Below are positions 23,379 through 34,243 of a DNA stretch of 64,000 nt, one piece after another. How positions within the stretch are numbered: position 1 is the first letter of the stretch; each line of letters starts with the position of its first letter. Under the pieces are notes generated by a model. That model was not told the DNA's origin. It saw only the letters and a list, made by a program, of their open reading frames with translations, and did not search any database. The stretch covers positions 1 to 64,000 of the forward strand of contig JAUCBJ010008071.1 of assembly GCA_032718475.1 (NCBI GenBank). The letters are read 5' to 3'. A program made the position numbers and the translations under genes. Source of the DNA: Nemertoderma westbladi (taxonomy: Eukaryota; Animalia; Xenacoelomorpha).

Positions 23379-26300
23379 GGGTGAGAATGATAGTATAATA
23401 ACATAGTTGATACAATGGATTTCAAATTGCACTATTACACCCTATCACCAAATCTGATTTATACAATGAGGTACAGTGATACGGATGTAAGGGGGAAATT
23501 CAAAACAGTTGGTTGTTTATGTTGTAGGCCTACTGGTCAGCTATTGTAGGCCTGTACGACTGCGCTGTACTACCAGGCTACGGCTCAGTGTCGGCGTTGT
23601 CCAACCGAATGGAGGCATCAGACACTGGACAATGAACCGGCCGTTTAGAGGCTGACCTACAACCTCGAAAGTCAATACTCGAAGATGTCAATACTAATAT
23701 TTATACTAATTTACTAATAGTTATTTGCTTACTTTTCGCAAAACCAGTGGAGACAGGAGGAGGAGGGGGGGGGGGGGGACTTGACGCATATCCTATCTCG
23801 TATAATATCTTGTATCAATACAGTCTTGTTATTGTGGAACGATATTCTAACCAAAACAATAATCTAACCCCCGCACCACGAAAACAAATTAACTTGTAAG
23901 GCATTATGAAAATTAAACAACTTTTCACGAACTCACAATGTTGTGAACTATTCAATGATTAATGAGTCACAGAGTAGCTTCATCGGAAAAACTGACTAGT
24001 GCGAAGTATACCAGACTTTCTGCTGTCATATCTCACTTTGCAGTTTACCATCATGTGTAGAATATCAAAGGTTACAGAAAACAATAACCAAAACTATTGT
24101 AACCAAAACAAAAAAGGAATTAGTATCCGTACCGCTACAGATTATGAGAATTAAATGGGCGCCTTAAAACCTTTAACGAGGATAAATTCATAACAATACA
24201 GATTCTTCATATGGAATTTTATATGAAATTCCAATTAAATTTGAACGAAAAGTGAAAACCTGGTAATCTTCAATCGAGTGGAAAATTATTAATTCGCGAA
24301 ATTAAGTTTGAATCGAGTAAATTTTGGCCGATATATATTAGATTGGAGTTAAAATGATTATCATTGTCATTGGTTATTCAGTCCATAATTTAAAAACCGA
24401 AATTGTTAGATTATTTACTATAGTTACCATAGTTACATCAACGAATGAAGTTGGGAATATTCCGACTGCATCACCAATACAGCCTCTAATCCAATCAGAA
24501 TTGACATATTCTATAAAAGTTATGACGTCACCAGCATTAAATGAAAGATCGCCAGGAGTTTCAGAGTTGTAATCGAATGTCGCAGTTATTGTTGTAGAAC
24601 ATTGTTCCATTTCATTGGTAGCATCGTTCGGCGGGAAATTCAAATCCTAAATTGCATATAAACTTACAATAATATATTTGTACATAATAATATTGTATAA
24701 TTGATAATTGTAATATATTCATAATATTATAGTGTGAGTATGCAACATGGGAGGAATGTTGCGAGATGCTTTAATTGTAGGGAAATACATCCGTGATGTA
24801 TCCAGTACTTCCTTTTATATTATATTAGCTGTGCTTTATACTGTACTTCATGTACTTGTATTTTTTTTATTACAATTCTTAATTGAACAATGTATGAAAT
24901 GATATAAATAAACAGAAAGTTTAAATAATAATAAGTTTGACTATTATGGGTACTACACTACATAAATGAAATTCAGCCAACGAAGTTAAGCCACGCCATG
25001 CCATGTTTTACTTCTAATTTATTAAATAAATTCTCAGAAATATTATTTTTATTTCACTGTTCCTCACCTGAGAAAAGGAACCACACACTTCTGAGTGAGT
25101 TTCTTCCAAAGCATTAGTTGGTAATTGACCTGACGTGTAATTATCATTGGTATATTCCGGTGTTCCAAGGTAGGTCCGATCAACCATACGGTCATTCGGG
25201 ATATCTGCATCTTTGATTTCATTGCCGGATTCAAGTAAATCTGTATAGCTTTCTGTTCCAATGTAGGCTGTTGGTCCTAAGAGATCATTCGGAGAGTCAC
25301 TCTCCAGTCTGTCCTCGGGTACATGTTGCTCCAATATATCCCCAAAATCACCCAATAAACATTTGTCATTGCGGATTTGACAATCACTGTTTCCCCACCC
25401 ACTATCACCAACATCAACTCTCTCATATACCTTGGGGGTAAGACGATCTGCGATATCATCAACACGTACTTCTGCATCATCTGAATTATCAATTAAGTCA
25501 AAGTTTCGAGTTTCGGTATTACTAATAATATTATTAGTATGATTGAATTCTTTAGCAGCAACCATACCGCAGTTAGTTATATCAGCATTATCACGATTAA
25601 CATTATCATTATCAGCGTTTTTAACTGCGTATTTGGCCTCACCGATAGTAGGTCTACTTGTGTAACTGTCGTCAGTAAATTCAGCTTCTTCAAAGGTATT
25701 CATATTTTCTTCCACATCTATGGGATTGAAATTGGAGATACCCGTAGAAAAATCGTTCAAATTGTCATTTATAAAATATGTTACATCATCATTAATTGAA
25801 TATTTATCACTATTAACACCATCAATATAGGAATTTATTTGTACAGAACTATCAGCACTTTTTTCAGATCTGGCATTAGTCGTATTTTCTTCATTTAAAA
25901 TTACAGAAGATACATTATTTGTAAATGTTTTATCTTTGGGTAACCATTCAGTAGTATCTTTGTTAACATCATGGTAGCCATCTTGTTGTATTGAGGTAAA
26001 ACCTTTTAGATTATCTACAATGTCTTTAATAAGATCAATTTCATATTCTTTACAATCCATTGCACCAATACTGTTAGTAGACCTTTGTGTATGTTTGTCA
26101 GATAGATTAACTTGGGTTGGTAACTTTTCAAGATCGGAATCAATCATAGATATTCCATCACATTTAGCGTTTGTGTGTGACTCTTGTATAATTGAATGCG
26201 ACAATATTTGCTGTTTCTGCGGTTTTGGAAGTATTTTAGGTTTATTTTGTTTTTTGTATTCAGGGCTGAGTTTGCAATCACTGGTGATTGGCTCCTTGTA

Positions 26301-26900
26301 TTCAGCGACAGGTTTTCTCTCATATGTTATTGGTTTATTATATTCTGTAGCAGGTTTAGCCTCGCAGCTGATTGATCTATTGTATTGCTCGAGTGCACCC
26401 TCGTTGCTGATTGGTTTAAAATATTCCATAACAGGTGCGCCCTCAATGTCGTTATTGTACTCCGCAGAGAGCCCCTCGGAGCTGATTGGTTTACTAAATT
26501 CTGTGCTTAGTTTGTCCTCACTACTCATTGGTTTCTTGTATTCCGTATTGGGTATGCTCTTATCACTTATTTGTGTATTGAATTCGTCAGTGAGTTTGGC
26601 ATGATCATTGCTTTTAGGGTTATTATATTTTTCATTGCACAATTTATGTTGATTCGAAATTGTTTCATGGTGGTAATCCGTATTATACTGGGTTTTACTA
26701 ATTTGCTTCTGGGCCGCTGATCTTATTATATGCGGTCTTGCGGTACAGTTGGAATCAGTCAAAGTGGACTCCGTTGTTGAAGGTAATGGAATATAGAATA
26801 TCGATCTACATTGGTCAATACGTCCGCTTGTTTGTGGGTTTGTCTGTCCTTCTGTCTGTTTCTCTGCGGTTCCATTTCCTTGGCTATCAATAAATAGGTC
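23052..26900 (-). CDS. 3' part of a protein with a long low-complexity region and two C-terminal SH3 domains (SH3D19-like architecture, orthology unresolved)
   Basis: Exons ~26900-25068 (open frame, CAG|gtgagg), 24646-24428 (ATFDYNSETPGDLSFNAGDVI...DWIRG...GIFPTSFV) and 23303-23052 (AKFEFIGDIDELTFSSGDDI...DWAFG...GRFPLNHV...*), phase-0 junctions; 5' end not found. Confidence 0.8.
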
Positions 26901-26901
26901 A

Positions 26902-27467
26902 GCTAGAGGGCGAAATGTCCCGAATGTGAAATTATTCTTCCATTTAGTTGTTTATGATCTGATTACGCTGAAACTTGTCATATATGTACTAGAAGACATC
27001 CTAAGTCTTTGTGTGGACAGTAATCGGTCCGGAGTTTTCGAGTCTGCCGCTAGAGGGCGAAATGTAGGAAAGTGATAACCTTTGCGAATTCCTTGATCTT
27101 AATCTATTTAAGCTGAATTTTGGAATATACAGTACCGGTATGTACTAGACCACATGCCTCGTCTTTGTGAGGAAGGTGATCGATCCGTAGTTCTTTAATA
27201 TGCCGCTAGAGGGCTAAATGTATGAAAGTGAAAACCTTCCAACATTTCGTTATTTATGATCCGTCAATCGGAAACTTGGTAGATATGTAATAGACCATAG
27301 GATGTGGCTTTGTAGGGAAACTAATCCTTCCTTCTTCAGTTACCCAGTCTCCCGCTAGAGGGTTAACGTTTTCCGGGAAAATCTTCTCCTATGTTTTTAT
27401 AATCCTTTCGAGTTGATACTTAGCATTAACTCATTTCACGTGCTGCGCGAAGGCCCCACTTCGTGTA
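26902..27467 (+). mobile_element. 5'-truncated second copy of the 20480-21744 element
   Basis: Near-identical to 21180-21744 including the cgtgctgcgcgaaggccccacttcgtgt end. Confidence 0.9.
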
Positions 27468-27739
27468 TTCTGTGTTCAGCATTACATATTGATATATATA
27501 TTACTACTATACATACTATATAGATATTATACACACTACATATTAAATTTCCTGGTTACTTGCAATATTTTTAATAGGATTTTGTTGAATTATACAATAT
27601 TGTAGTAATTTATATATTAATTTGGTTAACATTCAATACAGCTCCTACTTTAGGCTTAGTCAATTTATTATCTGATGATACAAACATGAATTAATTATTT
27701 CAAAGTGGTCTTAAGTCTTTCACCACGGGCACTCAGGGA

Positions 27740-28190
27740 AATGCCGGGGTCTGGGGCGATAACCCCCAAGAAAAGAAGCGGGGGTTTGGGGGCGGCAGCC
27801 CCCAATAAAAGAAGCGGGGGTTTGGGGGCGGTAGCCCCCAACAAAAGAAGCGGGGGTTTGGGGGCGGCAGCCCCCAATTAAAAGAAATTAAAAGAATTAA
27901 ATGAATTAAAAGAAAAACGAACAAAAGTTGACTATAAAAATGTTTCTTTTATAATTTTGAAAAACTTGTCTAGATACAACTCTTGTCCTGCAACCATCTT
28001 TAACTTTTGTTTATTGCTTTGATGCACCCAGATTAATTTTAACACTTTAACTGGGGGGGGGGGGGGGGGGGTGTCCGGGGGGAAGTGTCCGGGGGGGAAG
28101 TGTCCTACTTGGGCGGGGGGGAAGTGTCCGGGGGGGGGGGGAAGTGTCCGGGGGGGGGGGGAAGTGTCCGGGGGGGAAGTGTCCTAGATC
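27740..28190. repeat. G-rich tandem repeats: 36-bp unit (aaaagaagcgggggtttgggggcggcagcccc) and ggggggaagtgtcc units
   Basis: Direct tandem copies at 27740-27880 and 28052-28185. Confidence 0.8.
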
Positions 28191-28259
28191 CACTGACAAC
28201 TTATTTCCAGTGCGGTCCCCCCAGAACTTTACTCCCCAGAGGAAACTCCAGTACTCATT

Positions 28260-28410
28260 TAGCTACCACTTAAGGATGCAAGGCAGAGATGCGCCCTGGC
28301 TCTTTGTTCCTGCATTCGTGCTGAAACGAAAACTGCACTGGCCCAAGTCAGGATCGAACCCACGACCTACAGGAGATGTGAATTCAATACGACCACTACA
28401 CCAAGGTGGA
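28260..28410 (-). mobile_element. tRNA-derived SINE-like fragment
   Basis: Minus strand has A-box-like ggtgtagtggt and B-box-like ggttcgatcc at tRNA-like spacing. Confidence 0.45.
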
Positions 28411-28796
28411 ATATATTGTCATACACCAAGAGCCTATATTGTCATGTTACCATTAAAGAAAATTCGAGTGTTATGTATATTTAACTGTGGGTACTATCGG
28501 CGTATTAGTAGCGAGATTGGGCAATGTAACAATATGAGTACTTCGTCCTGAACGTCGCTCATTGTGCGGGATCAGCCATCACCCTCGCTTAACCAGTAGG
28601 TTGTGGGACATAAGTCGTAATACATTTGTACACACTGGACACAAGAGTGAAGGAAAATGAAAACTGTAAGATCCGATGATTGTCGGAACATGTCAACTGA
28701 TGAAATGTACTTCACCTGGGACCCTTTGGTACATTTAGTTGACAGGATTCCACATTCCTAAATGTAGTTGTCTTCCATACAGTCATTCGCATTTAC

Positions 28797-29990
28797 CTTA
28801 AAGAACTGCAGGGTGGAGCCATTTTCCAGTGCTCCATAGGTTATCTTATCGCTCTGGCTTCTAAGATCATCGACGTCTTTGATTGGCGGTGTAATAATCT
28901 CGACGGTGAGGAATGCCACAAGTTTGGCCGTGTAGGAACTCATTAGGATCAATGTAGAAAACCACCAGGCACCAGTGATAATCCGTCCTCCTACTGACCT
29001 ATAGTACATTATTAGTTAGAGATCAGAGGAACCAATCAATATCATTCAGTTATATTTGAATCAATAGACAAGATACCGGGTACCTTATTAGTTACAATTA
29101 TGCAGCAGGAATATTAGTGGAGTGACAACATATATGTAGCCAATCAAATAGCGAATCAAGCAAATCAAATAAATTCTTGCAAAAATGTCATGAAAAATAT
29201 ATGATAAAAATGGATATAAAGACTAAAGTATTAGAGGCATATTTTCAATAAAGTAAGAGTTTTATGAAAAATGCAGTAATAGAGTTTATTATGCTTGAGC
29301 AAATCTGCAAATTTTTATTTTGTTTTTCACCCCAAGGCATCATTGCATATGACTACTACTACTAGGATCGGCATGCTGCATTGCAGCTGCATTTTTAAGA
29401 ATACTGTGCCGGCTTATCGACAAAATTGCACCGCCACAACTCCGTATCACCCATGACATTAGCTAGATCATCCGCATCTTCTAGGCCAGTGTCCTTTAAG
29501 ATGCGTCTCAAGAAAGTCATGGGCTGTCCACCATGCTTATTCACTCCATGAGGCTGCCAAAGTACAAGATTATGCACTGGCTGGTCCTCACGGCGAAAGC
29601 AATGTCCTGCAAAGCTGAGGCGATTTGGTTCGAGTGTCAAGCTTGGGGGAACCAATGAGACACCTCCAATGTTAAATAGTGTCTGACTATATTGTCTGAC
29701 TATATCTGACAATATAGTTGCATATGACAATTAGTTTGGGATCATGGCACACGATACAGTATATACTAAAATATACCCGTAGCATTATTACCTTGGAAAG
29801 AAATCGCTACTTTGTTGGCACAACGCCCCAAAACCAAACCAAAAGCTGTTTTGCAGATTGAAATCGTTTATTTTTCCTTCAAAATCGTCACCATTTACCG
29901 GCAGCATGTTTTCAACTTCTTTATGCCATTCTAGAAGACTGAGTTGACAAGCAATAAACTGGGCTGTTACAATAGCAAGCAGAGAAGCAC
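28797..29990 (-). CDS. Ionotropic glutamate receptor (AMPA/kainate-like), two internal exons covering M1 end, M2, M3 and S2 start; possibly a fragment or pseudogene
   Basis: Exon 29990-29792: ...[26 protein letters not shown]; exon 28998-28797: [33 protein letters not shown]...PIKDVDDL...[16 protein letters not shown]; GT-AG boundaries and compatible phases. Confidence 0.88.
29352..29690 (-). mobile_element. RTE family A 3' fragment in the iGluR intron
   Basis: Near-identical to 8135-8468 in reverse, with a (CTA)n tail. Confidence 0.92.
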
Positions 29991-30584
29991 CTGAATGGAA
30001 TAATAACTATATAAACTACTCTACGACTACTACAATCTGACTGCTACATTGAAACTGCACATTGAGATGCTAGACAGTTTGTCACACTGTTTGTTTTTTG
30101 TTTGTTTTTTCTATCATTTATGTTTTTTTCATGTTTTTTATAATTTTTCATTAAAAAAATGGGCAAATATTATGAAATCAAGAAAACTAGTCGAAATATA
30201 TTAAAGCTTATGAAATTACTAGTTTCAGTTAGTTAGATAGATAGATTTATTTATTTATACATTATGTAAAAACAATAACAAATACACCTTGTCCAACATA
30301 ACATACTGTAGTTTGTATAATGGGAATCATTATAATGTGATAAATTGCACTTGATCTTCACCTAACGACGATTTATTATGATTTATTATGGGGGTAGTGA
30401 CTGTTTGCAATGGCGCCAGTCGAGGCCAAGTACTGTAAAATTATAATAATTTTAAGTAATTGATATTTAATTGATAATTGAATAATAATAAATAAATTTA
30501 ATTAATTGTAAATAATTCACATTTTAGATAACTTAAAATTCATTAATTAACTAACATAATTAACTAATTAACTAAAGCAAACAG

Positions 30585-31592
30585 TCAGCTGTGGCGACCC
30601 CAAGGCTCCTCTTTCAATAGCTGCTACCTGAAGGTAGGGGTGGGCGCCACTCCTATCTGCTACCCGAAGGTAGTGGTGGTCGCTACTCCTATCTGCTACC
30701 CGAAGGTAGGGGTGGTCGCTACTCCTATCTGCTACCCGAAGGTAGTGGTGGTCGCTACTCCTATCTGCTACCCGAAGGTAGGGGTGGGCGCCACTCCTAT
30801 CTGCTACCCGAAGGTAGGGGTGGGCGCCACTCCTATCTGCTACCCGAGGGTAGGTGTGGGCGCTACTCCTATCTGCTACCCGAAGGTAGTGGTGGTCGCT
30901 ACTCCTATCTGCTACCCGAAGGTAGTGGTGGTCGCTACTCCTATCTGCTACCCGAAGGTAGTGGTGGGAGCTACTCCTATCTGCTACCCGAAGGTAGTGG
31001 TGGTCGCTACTCCTATCTGCTACCCGAAGGTAGGGGTGGTCGCTACTCCTATCTGCTACCCGAAGGTAGTGGTGGTCGCTACTCCTATCTGCTACCCGAA
31101 GGTAGTGGTGGGAGCTACTCCTATCTGCTACCCGAAGGTAGTGGTGGTCGCTACTCCTATCTGCTACCCGAAGGTAGGGGTGGTCGCTACTCCTATCTGC
31201 TACCCGAAGGTAGGGGTGGGCGCTACTCCTATCTGCTACCCGAAGGTAGGGGTGGGCGCTACTCCTATCTGCTACCCGAAGGTAGGGGTGGTCGCTACTC
31301 CTATCTGCTACCCGAAGGTAGGGGTGGGCGCTACTCCTATCTGCTACCCGAAGGTAGGGGTGGGCGCTACTCCTATCTGCTACCCGAAGGTAGGGGTGGG
31401 AGCTACTCCTATCTGCTACCCGAGGGTAGGGGTGGGCGCTACTCCTCTCCCTGGTTTTGCTCCCAGTAATTTAACTGGTCCTCATTTTATCGACCCCAGT
31501 GGATGAAAGGCTGAGTGAACTCTGGCGTCGCTGAACCTACAACCAATAGGTTGTGGTACTGCACCGGCACTCAACCAACTGAGGCACACGCC
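30585..31592 (-). mobile_element. tRNA-headed SINE with an internal 33-bp segment amplified to ~25 copies
   Basis: Minus strand: gcctcagttggttgagtgc (A box), ggttca (B-box-like), core tcactcagcctttcatcc...ggggtcgataaaatgag, then the array 30622-31446 and an AT-rich tail. Confidence 0.65.
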
Positions 31593-31664
31593 TTTTTAGC
31601 CTAAATAACATAGACCAGAAATTGATTCGCAGGTATGGGTTTTGCTTCTAAACCTCAACGCCCC

Positions 31665-31701
<37 letters not shown>

Positions 31702-32329
31702 ATGGCTCATAATTTTACAGCTAACAAGCTAATATAATATATGTTTTATTTTCAGTTGAAAACCCAATATTCCTCTCTCAGACCATCGATTGCGCATTAT
31801 ATGGTGACAACTTAATATTTGTTCATTTCTCCTCAGGTATAAAGTTTGATAAACTTTATAACATATAATATGTGTTTATCACAAATAATCTATAACTATT
31901 TAATCTTTGTGAAGGGTGAAAGACTTCAGAGTGGTATGGGTAATATCTACATGTACATCATCTACATATTTACAATATCTACATAAACAGAACGAGCAGG
32001 TGATGGAAATACGTAATTATACAACTCTAGACTAAGGACAACATAAATTTATGAAATTATTTCCTCTGATACATTATATATATATATATACATTTTATAT
32101 ATATTATATGTATTTATTTTTATTTAATTAATAATTATAAATTTATCTATTACTCACTTGTTTCTCGAATAATTTTGGCCAATAAATAATTATACCTTAA
32201 TATAGAAAACATTTACTCATTATACCTTCATGTTACTTTTGTAAAGTTAAATTAGCCCCTGGAGTATGGGTCTGGGGGGCAGGATTAGTGAGGGATCTTC
32301 TGATATTGGCTGTTTATTCTAGAAAGAGA

Positions 32330-32720
32330 ACCGAATTATATAAAAACTTTTTAGATGGGTTGACATCTGTTTTAGAGAATAACATAACACTGATTCTATT
32401 CCCTTCCTGATGCTGTTCTATGATACAAATGCAGATCTTGGTTCACTTCATGGGCCTTGTGTACATCATCCACAACCAACTGCTCAAGGCTTGGATATCT
32501 TTCTTTGTGAAAATGGCCTTCATGCTGCTGATACCCACTCACTCATCTTTCCTGGCCCTAGTGTTACTTTTTATGCTTATGGGAATTTATACTTCGATCA
32601 TAAAACTTAAGGTAAAGTTTCCGCTATAGATGAGTTGAACAATAACTCAGCTCATGTTCCCGTTTCGTGTACTATGCAATTCCCAATTACAAAATCAAAT
32701 ACAATAAGATACTCCAAACA
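32330..32720 (+). pseudogene. Highly decayed LINE APE-endonuclease-like remnant
   Basis: YDTNADLG...FLCENGL..AD...GPSVTFY resembles the GDFNA...TF motifs; broken frames. Confidence 0.35.
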
Positions 32721-33165
32721 ATGTAAAATAAAATGGTGTTATATTTAAAAGCGCTTATCACTGGTTACATCACTTTTGGGGCACTGTCAATCAAATCCTA
32801 GGATGTACAGCAGGCAGTTTTCAACAAAGAATAGTTCCATGCTGGCGGAGTTCAGGTTTGGAGAAGCACTACAAACTGATCTTAGAAAGAGACACAACTG
32901 ATGCAAAGATGCAGCCTTCATTCTTCAAGTTAGATGAGAAGACAAATCTAAGTAACACCAGTTCTGAGCGAATTAACTGTAAAGCGGGCCATCACCAAAA
33001 TACACAAAAGTAAAAGCCCTGATAAAATATGCTTGTGATAGAACATATTTTATTATATAGAACATATTATAGGTATTAATATAGAAGTAGTTTGCTTTTA
33101 GCTGACATCCGATAGAAATAAGATAAATAAAACGATATGTTAGCCAGTTTTCATTAATTATATTA

Positions 33166-33244
33166 TCGAATGCATTTCGCGTTGGCTCTTCAGCTCTTCA
33201 CACAATATTTTTACCGCTGAAGAGCCAACGCGAAATGCATTCGA
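33166..33244. ncRNA. Inverted pair of minimal hammerhead-ribozyme motifs (Penelope-like pLTR remnant)
   Basis: 29-bp perfect inverted arms; each reads CTGAAGA-G-ccaacg-C-GAAA-TGCA-TT. Confidence 0.55.
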
Positions 33245-34243
33245 ACATATTATATAAATAATCACCTGTACAAGGAATCCAGTGATAACATTTCTTGGGA
33301 GTAAAATTACTCCCATCGAATAGGAGGGCTCTCTCTGAATGTGTAAGATTAATAACCATATCGACCTAACTCCACAGCAACTAGATTCCATAGAATCAGA
33401 TGGACAGTTCAGAACTACCCTGTAACAGTCGTCTCCAGATTTTGGAAAGGTTTTGCAGTTCCAGTGCTCTAATATCTTTTATCAAGTTCCACATGTCTGG
33501 GTGCCTCACAGTTGATGAACCCAACTCAATAGAGGTGTACAATGATAATAGTTGGGGTATCTCAGTAATATGGTTGTGGACCATGATAATAGTTGGGGTA
33601 TCTCAGTAATATTGCTGTTGCTGTGATATTCAGCCATGTCCGGGAGAATTTGATAAAGTGGTAAGATAGTTTATGAGATTGCAAATAAACTACACACAGA
33701 ACTAAGCGGGATAATTTAATATCAAAGATTTATGTATCTTTGATATTAATTATAATAAAATGAAATAAGATTGGACTAATTCAATGTTTTAATTTCATAA
33801 TGCAGTCTTAATTAATCAATCTATGTATACTATACTGTAGGCATCCCATTAAATTATTGAATTAGTAAATTATTATAAATTATTTTATTAAATTATGTAT
33901 ATGGTCGCTGTTGTAGAGTAAAGTGGAGAAGCAGCCAGGCCTTTGAGGACGGTGCAGGATTGTTGTGTGGTTGGGTGGTTGGTGGCTGGGTGCAGTAATT
34001 GAAGCAAACAAGCCTCCCCGACCTGTCGGTTAGGCCTACCAACTACTGTACTATTTTTGTTTTTAAATTTCCTACTGTTTTTAATAGTCCTAAAATTTTT
34101 TTTTAAAACATCCATTGCTAAGCAACATATTAAATACTCTTCTGGTGGTGGGAAATATTCGTTTAGTATTTTACCGATATGTATGTATATTGTTTATAAT
34201 AATTATTATAATTAAATTACTAATATCTAAAATATAAATGGAT

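Noticed and set aside
23733-23792. Possible 60-nt in-frame exon of the SH3 gene (ag...gtaag)
   Set aside because: Weak acceptor, and it overlaps a poly-G dispersed repeat also seen near 6000
30640-31506. 288-aa ORF of ATPICYPKVGV repeats
   Set aside because: Product of a 33-bp stop-free tandem unit inside a SINE; no ATG start or splice context
33396-33584. HPDMWNLIKDIR resembling a MULE transposase C-terminal motif
   Set aside because: Too short and degenerate; no catalytic core or TIRs found
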